Assembly: GCA_963843375.1 (NCBI GenBank)
Contig: CAWJKT010000008.1
Span: 32,001-96,000, forward strand
Source of the DNA: an uncultured Pseudomonadota bacterium
Lineage (GTDB): Bacteria; Oederibacteriota; Muellerivitia; Muellerivitales; Muellerivitaceae
Reading direction: 5' to 3'
DNA: 64,000 nt
Part shown: positions 43,099 through 52,832 of the stretch, piece after piece
Numbering within the stretch: position 1 is the stretch's first letter
Layout: each line of letters begins with the position of its first letter
The notes under the pieces: model-generated
What the model was told of the DNA's origin: nothing
The model's database searches: none
What the model saw: the letters and a program-made list of their open reading frames with translations, nothing else
Translations under genes and position numbers: made by a program

Positions 43099-43134
43099 TT
43101 ACTACTTCCGTTTTTACAAGCCGTACGTTGACAA

Positions 43135-43181
43135 TTATTTAGTGTATACGCTTGTATACCACTAAATAAAAAGAGGGTCAA
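43135..43181 (-). promoter_or_regulatory. Sigma70-type promoter overlapped by a palindromic operator
   Basis: TTGACC-17-TATACA on minus strand; inverted repeat TTATTTAGTG(43135)..CACTAAATAA(43169) enclosing two GTATAC. Confidence 0.6.
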
Positions 43182-43480
43182 TACTTTGATGACGCATCAG
43201 ATTAAATGTATGTTTTTTTGGTCGTCATTGTGAGGTTCAGTCCCAAGCGTGGTGGTTCGGACCGCGACATTTTCGAGTTGGCTTTCGTCCAACAGCTTGA
43301 CCATCGGGCCAATACAACCTAAAATAGTCAACAAGCTCGCATTCTTAAGGCGATCGGCTTTTCCACGTCAGCCAAAAACTGGCGATTCAGCGTTATAACA
43401 TCAAACGGGAGATTTTTAATTCTTTGATATTCATCGTTTAAAGACTAAAAAGGTTATAGGATAGTTTTTCTTGAATCGAC

Positions 43481-44988
43481 TTAAAGGAATCCTTTCAATT
43501 CCGGATAAAGCTTTCGGAACTCGGAATACCAGCCGTTATAAATCTTAACTTGTTTCGTCCTAGGGTGAGTGCGACTGGCTACCCGGATCAGTTTCGAGCA
43601 GGCCGCCGGAACCGAGGGATAAAGATTCGCTCCCACCATGGCGAGGATGGCCGCGCCATAGGCCGGGCCTTCCTGGCTATTCACCGTCACCACTTCTTCC
43701 CCATAAATATCGGCCTGCAGTTGCCTTTGAAATGGGTTTGCTGCCCCGCCGCCGGTGGCCACAACCCGCCGGATGGGAACTTCCAGTTCCCGGAAAATTT
43801 CCAGGGAGTCCCTCATGCCGAAAATCATTCCCTCAAAAACCGATCGGGCGAAATGGGCCCTGCCATGGCGGGCCGAAACTCCAATGAAGGCGCCTCTCGC
43901 GTAGGGCGTCTTTATGGGGGGTTCTTTCGCCCATGAAATAGGGAAGGAACATAAGCCCTTCGCTTCCCTCCGGCGCCTTTTGCGCCTCGCCGCTGAGGAT
44001 TTGATAAGGGTTCTTCCCCGTCCTTTTTACCCAACTCCTTCTCATAAAGACCCAGGTTGTCCCGATACCATTGCAGGGAATAGCCCGCCGAAAGCATGAC
44101 GCCCATGAGGTACCATTTCTTGGGCACACTGTGGCAAAAGCTGTGGACGCGAAGCTTCGGGTCCACCTTCACCTGGTCGGTATGGGCGAAGAAGACGCCC
44201 GAAGTGCCCAGGCTAGCCATGACATCGCCGGTTTGAATGATACCGTTGCCCACCGCTCCGCAGGTATTGTCTGCCCCGCCCCCCACAACGGGCGTCCCCA
44301 CTTTGAGCCCCAGGTCCTTGGCCGAGGCTGCCGTCAAATGCCCGCAGACATCCTGGGATTCCACCACCTGGGGAAACCACAAGGGCGAAATGCCTAATTT
44401 ACCTAGGAGTTCCTTCGACCAACGGCGATTCTTCACGTCGAAATAAAGGGTCCCGGCGGCGTCCGAAACCTCGGTGGCCATGGACCCAGTCAGCTTGTAG
44501 CGAACATAATCCTTGGGCATGAGCACTTGGGCGATTTGGGCATAAACCTTGGGTTCATGCTTTTTGACCCAAAGGATTTTAGGTAGAGTAAAACCTTCGA
44601 GAGCGGGATTAGAAACCCATTTTCTCAGGTTGGTCTCCCCCACCCTGCGGGTAATCTCCAGGCATTCCTCATGGGTACGGGTATCACACCAAAGCAACGC
44701 CGGACGAAGGACTTTGCCTTTTTTATCCAGGAAAACGGAAGAATGCATTTGCCCCGAAAAGCCCAGGCTTTTCACATCCTGGGACTTCACCCCGGCCTTA
44801 CGCACCGCACCAGTAATGGCTTCAAAAGCCGCTTTGACCCAGACATCCGGATCTTGTTCTGCCCACCCCGGATGGGGCGTCAGAAGCGGATACTCGACCG
44901 TCACTTTGGAAAGAATCTTCCCGGCTTCTGAAACCACAATGGCCTTGGTGCCGGATGTTCCGATATCACAACCGATGACATAGGACAT
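43481..44988 (-). CDS. xylB: Xylulokinase (two apparent +1 frameshifts, ~44022 and ~43907)
   Basis: [47 protein letters not shown] across three frames. Confidence 0.92.
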
Positions 44989-45034
44989 AAAATCTCCTTT
45001 CATACCGATTTCCACTTCTTTTAGAACTCCAACA

Positions 45035-46123
45035 TCATCTTTTGATGATCAAAATATCCGGCCTTAAGTATTCCTTCCCTCCACAGTTCACCTTCATCAT
45101 GGGCCAGCGGGGTGTCGGGGTTAAAAGCTCCAAACCTTTACCCGTTAACAATACCGTGTCCTCGCTTTTGGTGCCGGTGATGGAAGGGTTCCAAGCCAGG
45201 GACTGATTTTCCACCAGCCGAAAGGGGCAATCGGGAGTCGCCAGATAATCCCTTGTTTCATAGCCTGTGGGCCCGCCTTGGTGGTGCTTTTTCCACTCCC
45301 CGGGGAAACCTTGTTCCGAATATTTCAAAACCCCCGCGTTAAACACGTCCTTGGCTACAACCCCAATCTTGCTTTTATCCCACATAGCGCATTCCACCTC
45401 TAGACAGGCACGGTGTCGAAGTTGAAGGTCCACCGGCATGGGCCCGAAATGGACGATGCGGGTAAGGTTGGCGATAAGGCCGTAACCCTTGGCGCAGATG
45501 ACCATCATGACAGTATTTTGAATTTTGCGGTCCGTCGGAAGGGGATGCCGGTAACGTTTGAGTCTTTCATCTGAACCGACCAAAATGACTGTTGCTTCCA
45601 AACCCCGGCCCACCAATTCATGGGAAAGTTCGGCGGCCACTTGGTTTTCCCGCCAGCCTTTTCGAACCCGTTTCCCCACCGACTCCATAGCCTCCCCCGA
45701 AAGTTTCCCCACTTTCCTGTAACATTTGATTTCCTCCGGAAACAAGGACCACCGGAGTTTGGCGATGTCTTCTTTGAGGGACGGCAACCCAACGGACCCA
45801 TCATCCGAAACGGCCTTTTTATTAAAGGAAAAATGGAATGTTTCATACCATGGATAGACTCGGTAGGTAAAAGGCAGACCCTTGGCCTCCTCTTCCTGAA
45901 ACCTCTTTTCCTCTATGGAATTACACCATAATTCAGCGACTTTGGAGGTCACCCAAAGGGAAGCCACCCCTTTTTCCACGTCGGTGCGGATATGGTTGGT
46001 GCGCCCCCCGGTCAGCCAGGAGAAATTGGCCCGGCTAGAAAGAAGGACGCCTTCCAGGAAACGAGTTTTGAGAAAGCCTCGAATGCGTCGTAGTTTTTCA
46101 TTAAGTTCAAGGTTGGAATTCAT
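45035..46123 (-). CDS. M24 (pita-bread fold) family protein with atypical metal ligands
   Basis: NFSWLTGG, YRHP, HHQGGPTGY, WNPSITGTKSEDT. Confidence 0.8.
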   Translation of the reverse strand: MNSNLELNEKLRRIRGFLKTRFLEGVLLSSRANFSWLTGGRTNHIRTDVEKGVASLWVTSKVAELWCNSIEEKRFQEEEAKGLPFTYRVYPWYETFHFSFNKKAVSDDGSVGLPSLKEDIAKLRWSLFPEEIKCYRKVGKLSGEAMESVGKRVRKGWRENQVAAELSHELVGRGLEATVILVGSDERLKRYRHPLPTDRKIQNTVMMVICAKGYGLIANLTRIVHFGPMPVDLQLRHRACLEVECAMWDKSKIGVVAKDVFNAGVLKYSEQGFPGEWKKHHQGGPTGYETRDYLATPDCPFRLVENQSLAWNPSITGTKSEDTVLLTGKGLELLTPTPRWPMMKVNCGGKEYLRPDILIIKR

Positions 46124-46134
46124 AAACCCTTTTG

Positions 46135-46236
46135 AACCGCCAAATTCACCAAGAGGGTGAATATTCAAATTTCTTTACCCAATCATGGTTTTTTTAAATG
46201 TTCCTGGTTCTTGGTGAACATGGTGTCCTTGGCGGT
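46135..46236. repeat. REP-like palindromic intergenic element, copy 1
   Basis: ACCGCCAA/TTGGCGGT and TTCACCAAGA/TCTTGGTGAA inverted arms; related copy at 47588-47699. Confidence 0.5.
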
Positions 46237-46249
46237 GAAAATTTCCGGT

Positions 46250-47542
46250 TTATTTTTTACTAAAGAACTTTTCATTGATGGTTTTAGTGATGCCAGGCAC
46301 GACTTCATCCGGTGTCTTTTCACCCAGCCATACCTTGTCCATGGCAGGACCCAGGATACCGTAGAAAATTTCACTCCAATTTGACATGAAGGGCTGGTAA
46401 TGGGAATGGGCGGGCATGTCTAGGAGAATGGCCTTATGCTCCGCGCCGGGCGCCTTGAGAAAGACATCCGATTGAGCCAGTTTCATCAGGGCGGGCTGTA
46501 TCATGCCGGTGGCCGCCAATTGGGAGACGGAATCCTCGCTTGCCAGTTCTTTGACGACAATCCAGGCTAGGTCCTTGTGTTTGGAGCTCTTGGAAAGGGC
46601 GTAACCCGATCCGCCGCTTCCCCATCCCTGGAGGCCCTGGGGCCCTTTGGGAAATTCCACCACATCGAAATCCAGGTTTTTCGCCAGCAGGAAACTGGGA
46701 GTCTGCCAGATACCCGAGCAAAGCATGGCCACTTGGCCGTTGATGAACATCTGCATCTGGCCCGAACTGAAGTTGAAGGCCTGGATTTCTGGGGGAGCGG
46801 GGGAGACGTGGTATTTCTGAATGAGGTCACACCGAAACTGAATGGCTTCCAGGGCCTTGGGGTCGTCTAGGGTGAAGCGGGTGGGATGGTCCGTGTCATC
46901 CACCCAGTTGGCCCCGTTGGAAAAGACGAAGTTCTCGAACTGGATGTCATAGGCGTCGATGAAACCCCATTGGGTTACCTTGCCCGTCGCATCCTTTTTG
47001 GTCAGCTTTTGGCAGGTGGAAAGAAAAGATCCTGGCCAGGACCAACTGGCGTCGGGGTAGGGCAAGCCCGCGTCCCGGAACATTTTTCGGTTGTAAAATA
47101 CCAAGCCCGTCGGCGCCGTATCCTGGGGTAGGGCGTAAACCTTGCCATTGGGGCTGAAGCGGTTCAGAACGCCCGGATAGTAACCCTTTAAATCCACCCC
47201 GTCCTTCTGGACGTAAGGAGTCAGGTCCTCGAAAACATCCCTCAGGTAGAGGTCGACGAAGTTATTCACTTCAACATAGATTACGTCCGGGGCGTCCCCC
47301 CCGGCCAGTTGGGTGGTGACCTTTTGTTGGTATTCGTTGTAAGGAATGTTGTCGATTTCAACCTGGAGCCCCGGATGGCGCTTTTCGATGTCGGTTACGA
47401 CCTGGTGGAGTTTTTCGATTAGGACCGGATCGGTGAGAAATTGGGCCAAGTGGATTGTGTTGCTTTCTTTTTTAAAAACACAACCTGTGTTAAGAACCAG
47501 GGCCAACAGGGCCGGAACCCAGATGAATTGTTTCGTTTTCAT
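46250..47542 (-). CDS. Sugar ABC transporter substrate-binding lipoprotein
   Basis: Lipobox LNTGC; AGGDAPD, YNRKMF, GQVAM. Confidence 0.9.
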   Translation of the reverse strand: MKTKQFIWVPALLALVLNTGCVFKKESNTIHLAQFLTDPVLIEKLHQVVTDIEKRHPGLQVEIDNIPYNEYQQKVTTQLAGGDAPDVIYVEVNNFVDLYLRDVFEDLTPYVQKDGVDLKGYYPGVLNRFSPNGKVYALPQDTAPTGLVFYNRKMFRDAGLPYPDASWSWPGSFLSTCQKLTKKDATGKVTQWGFIDAYDIQFENFVFSNGANWVDDTDHPTRFTLDDPKALEAIQFRCDLIQKYHVSPAPPEIQAFNFSSGQMQMFINGQVAMLCSGIWQTPSFLLAKNLDFDVVEFPKGPQGLQGWGSGGSGYALSKSSKHKDLAWIVVKELASEDSVSQLAATGMIQPALMKLAQSDVFLKAPGAEHKAILLDMPAHSHYQPFMSNWSEIFYGILGPAMDKVWLGEKTPDEVVPGITKTINEKFFSKK

Positions 47543-47587
47543 TCCCGTTTCCTCCTGTTTAGAAATAACCAGCAGAACTTAAAACAA

Positions 47588-47699
47588 TTCGAACCACCAA
47601 GGGAACCAAGAAAGTCAAAAACAAAACCGATTCACAAAAATTTTTAAGGATTTCGCCCTTTTCCATTTTTGGTGAACATGACGTCCTTGATAGATCGAA
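47588..47699. repeat. REP-like palindromic intergenic element, copy 2 (degenerate)
   Basis: AACCACCAAGGGAACCAAG left arm; shares TTGGTGAACATG and GTCCTTG with copy 1. Confidence 0.45.
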
Positions 47700-47715
47700 G
47701 TTTCGGCTAAAGCCT

Positions 47716-48705
47716 CTACGCCGAATCCCGCACGACCAAATGCGTTTTTAACTGCAGCGTACTGTGGACTTTTTCCTCGCCCAATATCTGGCGCATCAGT
47801 TTGTGCACCGCTTGTTTTCCCAATTCATGCAGGTCGTAACCGATGGTGGTCAGGGACGGTGTCACGAAGCCGGCCATTTCAATGTCGTCGAACCCAACAA
47901 TCGCAAAGGCGCCTTCTTTTTTCTTTTGTTCCAGGGCTTTCAGGACGCCGATGGCCATGCCGTCGTTGGCAGCAAAAATGGCGGTGGGGGGATTGGGCAT
48001 CTCCAGGAACCTTTCGGCCGCCACCTTTCCGGACTGGATATCATAACTTCCCGGTTGGATGAGGCTTTCGTCAAATGGTATCCCGGCCTCCTGGAGCGCC
48101 AAACGATAGCCTTCTTGGCGGTCCGCTGAATCGGTCATGTCGGTGCGCCCCGTGATGAAGCCAATGCGTTTATGGCCTTTTTGGATCAGGTACTCGACAG
48201 CCTGCCTTCCCCCATTGACGTTGTCAATGATGACCGCTGGAAGCATGTTCTCGAACCGCCTCTCGCTTGCCACCACCATGGGAAACTTGCGCTGCATCAG
48301 GGTTCGAATGAGTCCTTCCATTTGGATCGATGGCAGGAAAAACAGCAGGCCATCCACCACCGGCGGCTCGGTCATGGTGCGGATGATCTCCCGCTCCTCA
48401 ATGGTTCCGATGGGGAAGGTCGCCAATGTCAAAAGCTTGCCGTTACGCCTGGCTTCCTCTTCCATGCCCATGATGACAGAAGCCACGTAGGGATTAAGCG
48501 AAGGAGTGACCACGCCCAAGAAACCCGTCTTGTGGGAAGCCGCCAAGCCCCGGGCGAACCGGTGGGGCCGATACTGCATCTTCTCCATGATGCCCTTCAC
48601 CCGCTGTTCGGTCTCAAACTTGACCGCCAAGCCGTTGAGGACTCGAGAGACGGTGGCCTTGGAAACCCCTGCCTTTAAAGCGATTTGTTGAATCGTCACA
48701 CTCAT
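47716..48705 (-). CDS. LacI family transcriptional regulator
   Basis: TIQQIALKAGVSKATVSRVLN; PTAIFAAND; VGFDD; PSLTT. Confidence 0.95.
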   Translation of the reverse strand: MSVTIQQIALKAGVSKATVSRVLNGLAVKFETEQRVKGIMEKMQYRPHRFARGLAASHKTGFLGVVTPSLNPYVASVIMGMEEEARRNGKLLTLATFPIGTIEEREIIRTMTEPPVVDGLLFFLPSIQMEGLIRTLMQRKFPMVVASERRFENMLPAVIIDNVNGGRQAVEYLIQKGHKRIGFITGRTDMTDSADRQEGYRLALQEAGIPFDESLIQPGSYDIQSGKVAAERFLEMPNPPTAIFAANDGMAIGVLKALEQKKKEGAFAIVGFDDIEMAGFVTPSLTTIGYDLHELGKQAVHKLMRQILGEEKVHSTLQLKTHLVVRDSA

Positions 48706-48738
48706 AATGCCTCTTTCAGAAAGCTCAAGATCCTAGTC

Positions 48739-49905
48739 TTAAATAACTCCCATAAGGAGTTCTTGTAAACGCTGGTCCAGTTCCTCGTAAGGCAGGCGTT
48801 TTTTCGAGATGGCCATCGGATCAAAAAGGTGCCGGCGCAATTCGTAGGACCCTTCCGGCGTGAACCGGCTCATGATAGCTTCCAAAGCGGGCTCGCTGTT
48901 GTGGAGGCTTTTGAGGATCTGCTGGATCTTCTTGTCCGAGTTGAACTGTTTCACTTTGTCCCAAAGGATAAGGTATGTCCGCATGCTGCCTTCCACAAAA
49001 TCCCAAACTCCCTTCTCGTCCTCGCTGCGGTAGGTATGCTCGTCAAAATTGCGGGTTCCCGCCCAATTGTGATCCTCCAAGAGTTTTACCACGAAAAATG
49101 TTTCCTTGATGTCCTCCGAGCCAAAGCGCAAGTCTTGGTCGAAACGATTGGGTTTTTGGGCTCCCAGATCCACGTGATAAAGCTTGCCCGCTTCCATGGC
49201 TTGGGCGAAATCATGGTAAGTGTTTAACCCCGCCATGCGGGAATGTTCGATTTCCGGGTTGACGCCCACCATATCCGGGTAATCCAGGGTCTCAATGAAG
49301 GCCATCACATGCCCGGCAGTGGCTAGGAAGATATCCCCCCTCGGCTCGTTGGGTTTGGGTTCAATGGCGAACTTGAACTTATACCCGTTGTGTCGGGCAT
49401 AGGAGCAGAGATAATTCATGCATTCGCGGTACCGCTTGAGGGATTCTTCAGGGGTCTTGGAAGCGTCCACTTCCGTCCCTTCCCGGCCTCCCCAAAACAC
49501 ATAGACCGTGGCACCCAAGTCGGCCCCCAGGTCCATGTTCTTCATGACCTTCTGCAAGGCAAAAGCCCTGACCTTCGGATCATGGCTGGTGAATGCCCCG
49601 TCCTTGAAGATACGGTGATAAAAAAGATTGGTAGTGGCCATGGCGCAAACAATCTTGTAATCCTTCATGGCTTTTTTGGTTTCTTTGATAATCTTGTTTC
49701 GCAGTTGAAGGGAGGCGCCGAAAGGGATAAGGTCGTCGTCATGGAAATTGAACCCATAAACGTTGCGCTTGCCCAACTCCTTGATGTTAGTGAGGGGGTC
49801 TAGACGAGCCCGAGTTTCCTCGCCGAAGGGGTCTCGGCCCCGATTAGCTGTAGTCCATAGCCCGAAAGAGAACCGGTGCTCTTTTTTGGGTGTGAAAGAA
49901 CTCAT
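48739..49905 (-). CDS. xylA: Xylose isomerase (short class I type)
   Basis: FSFGLWT, FHDDDL, WGGREG, EPKPNEPRGD, DQDLRFG. Confidence 0.95.
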   Translation of the reverse strand: MSSFTPKKEHRFSFGLWTTANRGRDPFGEETRARLDPLTNIKELGKRNVYGFNFHDDDLIPFGASLQLRNKIIKETKKAMKDYKIVCAMATTNLFYHRIFKDGAFTSHDPKVRAFALQKVMKNMDLGADLGATVYVFWGGREGTEVDASKTPEESLKRYRECMNYLCSYARHNGYKFKFAIEPKPNEPRGDIFLATAGHVMAFIETLDYPDMVGVNPEIEHSRMAGLNTYHDFAQAMEAGKLYHVDLGAQKPNRFDQDLRFGSEDIKETFFVVKLLEDHNWAGTRNFDEHTYRSEDEKGVWDFVEGSMRTYLILWDKVKQFNSDKKIQQILKSLHNSEPALEAIMSRFTPEGSYELRRHLFDPMAISKKRLPYEELDQRLQELLMGVI

Positions 49906-49937
49906 AAAACCTCCGTTTTGTAACTTTATTGAAATTT

Positions 49938-49954
49938 GTTGCAACCGGTTTAAC
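49938..49954. promoter_or_regulatory. Candidate LacI-family operator
   Basis: AACCGGTT palindromic core with central CG, ~40 bp upstream of xylA. Confidence 0.5.
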
Positions 49955-50058
49955 TTATCACGCAATTTTTTTAATTCAAGAAAGATAAAAGGGCTTTTTT
50001 AGAGTTTTTTAAAAAAATGGGAGCCGACTTATGCTTTTTGAGGGTTTTGGGTTGAAAT

Positions 50059-50090
50059 AAAAAAACCTGCCGGTTGGGGTAACCGGCAGG
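50059..50090 (-). terminator. Intrinsic terminator after Spy/CpxP-like gene
   Basis: CCTGCCGGTT/AACCGGCAGG stem plus U7. Confidence 0.8.
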
Positions 50091-50122
50091 CTACTGCCTA
50101 AGGAAGAGAAGTAGTTTTAAAG

Positions 50123-50701
50123 TTAGTTTTGATCGGTATTGGAAGATGCCTGGTTATTGGCCTTTTTCGATTTATCCCAATGGCCATCACGACCCTGGCC
50201 ATTTCTCCAACCCCATTTTCCACCCCATCCCCATCGTCCAAATCCTCTCCGACGGTGCCCACCCCTTAAAACCATCATTTGGGCCTGCTGTTTTGGAGTC
50301 AATATTCCTTTTATTTTTTGCTGGAACTTCTCTTGGGCGGCTTGGAGGGCCTTTTGGTCGGCCGATACCTTGTCCATGGAATCGGTCAATTCGGATTCCG
50401 AAGCGTTTTTATCAACTAGAAGCTTCAATTTATCTTTATCTAATTCCATTTGGTCCCGCAAGGGTTTGAATTCGTCGTTCTTGGATTTGAACAAATCCTT
50501 CAGTTGAGTCTCTTGTTCATCATTCAGGCCCAATTTTTTCTTGAACCCGTCGAAATGGCCCCATTTACCGTGGCCATCTTCTTTCGCTGAATCCGACTTC
50601 TCCGAGAGGCTTTGATCCTGTGCAAGAGCCAGATGAACGACCGCGAAAACCATCGCAATCGCCAGAATTCCAACGAAGGCCAAATGGATTAATTTTTTCA
50701 T
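50123..50701 (-). CDS. Spy/CpxP (LTXXQ) family periplasmic protein
   Basis: Signal peptide; LGLNDEQ and ILTPKQ motifs. Confidence 0.8.
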   Translation of the reverse strand: MKKLIHLAFVGILAIAMVFAVVHLALAQDQSLSEKSDSAKEDGHGKWGHFDGFKKKLGLNDEQETQLKDLFKSKNDEFKPLRDQMELDKDKLKLLVDKNASESELTDSMDKVSADQKALQAAQEKFQQKIKGILTPKQQAQMMVLRGGHRRRGFGRWGWGGKWGWRNGQGRDGHWDKSKKANNQASSNTDQN

Positions 50702-50875
50702 GAAAGACCCTCCAAAATTAAAATCGGCTAAAGATTATTGAACTTCGAGTTTGGACGCAGGGGGTTTCTTAAAAGTGTCGCAGCACTGCCTTCTTCGATA
50801 ATTATTTCGCTAAAAACCAATCGAGGACCAAACCCTTATTTCCTAGCATAGCCGAATTCTTGGATGAGCCTTGAT

Positions 50876-51523
50876 TCACTCGGATATCGGTTGAAAATCC
50901 TTCAGGGCCGGATTGATCATTTGAAAAGATTCGAAAAAACGCTTCATGCCTTTGACGTCGAACGTTTTATCTGAAGTGGTGTAATTAAGGAAATAGAACC
51001 ACTGGTGTACTAGGAAATAACGCCCCGCCGCCACCTGATGGTTTGCCACATCCACCAGCTTGAATTCACAGGCTGGGGCATACTGGTATTTAAAGAAATA
51101 ACTGTAAGCCACCTGGGCCTTCAGGTTGGCAGCCAGACTATTGATCATCATACGCATGAAAGGTTCGGGACTCGTAATCTTTCGGGGTTCCGTGTAATAT
51201 CCCATTCCCACGCCATAAAGCCTGCCGTCTTCGTCCGTGGCGCGCCATTCGTCCCGCCCTTCCAGCTTTTGGAGGACTGCCGGGGTGGAAAGGGAAAAGC
51301 TCACCACAGCCGGGAGCTGGTAAGTCACCCAAGCTTCATCTCCGCGGACCGGTCCCGACCCCAGGATGAAAACCCCCAGGAGAAAAAGAGTCGCAAAAAC
51401 CGGCCTAGAAATCCAAGAAACCTGGAGGGTTGCGGTTATGATCTTTTCCCGGAAAGAAGCGATCTGCTTGAGGAGTTTCAAGAGGATATGGGGAGTGATG
51501 GTGAATCGGGTTTCGTAGGCCAT
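50876..51523 (-). CDS. Chimeric ORF: Fic-derived N-terminus + hydrophobic segment + putative exported domain
   Basis: First ~38 aa nearly match the Fic N-terminus (MAYETRFTITPHILLKLLKQIASFREKIITATLQVSWI), then FATLFLLGVFILG and an unrelated domain. Confidence 0.6.
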   Translation of the reverse strand: MAYETRFTITPHILLKLLKQIASFREKIITATLQVSWISRPVFATLFLLGVFILGSGPVRGDEAWVTYQLPAVVSFSLSTPAVLQKLEGRDEWRATDEDGRLYGVGMGYYTEPRKITSPEPFMRMMINSLAANLKAQVAYSYFFKYQYAPACEFKLVDVANHQVAAGRYFLVHQWFYFLNYTTSDKTFDVKGMKRFFESFQMINPALKDFQPISE

Positions 51524-51670
51524 GAAAGAAGCGTAACAATAAGACAACCATATGTCAACTCGTCAGAAAACCGTCCCAAACCCGCAAGTCTTTCTCTTAT
51601 TCTGTCTATAAGATTATATGAGTTTGCATAAGATTAATTTTTATGATGGGAAAATGGTGGGGCATCCTGG
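51410..51670 (-). repeat. Diverged direct repeat of 52591-52848 (tRNA 3' tip + promoter + Fic 5' end)
   Basis: Shared blocks ATCTTTTCCCGGAAAGAAGCGATCT, TATAAGATTATATGAGTTTG, AAAATGGTGGGGCATCCTGG. Confidence 0.9.
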
Positions 51671-51693
51671 GTGCTTGGAACTTGGTCCAGGTT

Positions 51694-52701
51694 CTATCCC
51701 TTGAGGATGTATCTACCTGTCTTCCTCGTCCCGATTCTCTCAATCAAACCCGCTTTCATCAGGGGGCTCAACAGTTTGACCGACCCTTGTCGGGTTACCC
51801 CCAAGGCTTCCCATATTTCCTTCGGCAAAAGGCTTTTGTGGTCTCTCAAGAGGCCTAGGACCTTTTCCTGCCGGGGGGATAGGACGACCTTCTCTGCGCT
51901 TTTCTCACCCTTCAAACGCTGGACCCGTTCCCACACTCGTTCCAGCGTTAAATGCACGGCCTCTGCGGTATATTCCAGGAAGCCGGTGAGGTCATCCCCG
52001 TTCTGCCGGACAAGTTCAAGGTTCCGGTAGTAAAGCGGCCTTTTTTCCCAGAACACCTCATCCACCGAGAAAACGTGGTGGGTATCAAATCCCCTCCGGT
52101 ACAGTTCCCAAAGGCCGAGCATCCTTCCGGTGCGTCCGTTACCATCCCCGAAAGGGTGGATGGCTTCGAACCGATAATGGAGGATACCCGAGGTGAGAAC
52201 CGGCGGCCAATCCTTAGCTTTTTTATTCCACCATTCGAGAAGTTCGCGCATCAGTCCGCTGACCTGGAAGGCGGGCGGAGGCACATGGTTCCCGACCCGC
52301 ACCTGGATGGTCCTGTACCTGCCGGCCTCGCCCTGATCCATCACCCCACTAGAGATGAGAGAATGAAGCTCGAACAGGTCTTCATGGGTGATGACCTTTT
52401 TCCTCGCGTGCTTTTCGACATACCGTAGTCCAGCGAAATAATTCAGGATTTCCTTTTTAGAACGTTCGGTAGGGGAAGAAAGCTCCTTTCCCTCCTCCAA
52501 AAGCCGGACCTCAGCCAAAGTGAGAGGATTGCCTTCAATAGCGGTGGAACTGTGACTGTTCCGAACCCTTGCGTCCCTCTGGAGCGTGGGAATCCAGGAA
52601 ACCTGGAGGGTGGCGGTCATGATCTTTTCCCGGAAAGAAGCGATCTCCTCTAGGAGCTTCAGGATATGGGGGGTGACGGTGAAACGGGGTTCATAAGCCA
52701 T
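51694..52701 (-). CDS. Fic family protein with C-terminal wHTH
   Basis: HPFGDGNGRTGR catalytic motif; N-terminal STAIEGN inhibitory motif; likely ATG 52701. Confidence 0.93.
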   Translation of the reverse strand: MAYEPRFTVTPHILKLLEEIASFREKIMTATLQVSWIPTLQRDARVRNSHSSTAIEGNPLTLAEVRLLEEGKELSSPTERSKKEILNYFAGLRYVEKHARKKVITHEDLFELHSLISSGVMDQGEAGRYRTIQVRVGNHVPPPAFQVSGLMRELLEWWNKKAKDWPPVLTSGILHYRFEAIHPFGDGNGRTGRMLGLWELYRRGFDTHHVFSVDEVFWEKRPLYYRNLELVRQNGDDLTGFLEYTAEAVHLTLERVWERVQRLKGEKSAEKVVLSPRQEKVLGLLRDHKSLLPKEIWEALGVTRQGSVKLLSPLMKAGLIERIGTRKTGRYILKG

Positions 52702-52736
52702 GAAAGAAGTGTAATAATAAGACAACCGTATGTCAA
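52702..52736 (-). promoter_or_regulatory. Sigma70 promoter, probably giving leaderless fic mRNA
   Basis: TTGACA-17-TACACT-6nt-ATG with no SD; conserved in the duplicate (TTGACA-17-TACGCT-6nt-ATG). Confidence 0.65.
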
Positions 52737-52832
52737 CCCGTTAGACAACCACAGCAAACCTGTTGGGCTTTCCCCTATTCCGTCTATATAAGATTATATG
52801 AGTTTGTATAAGATTAATTTGGGAAGAAAAAA

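Noticed and set aside
43198..43435. Possible small ORF remnant between xylB and the TA-like pair
   Set aside because: Interrupted by stops; no recognisable similarity
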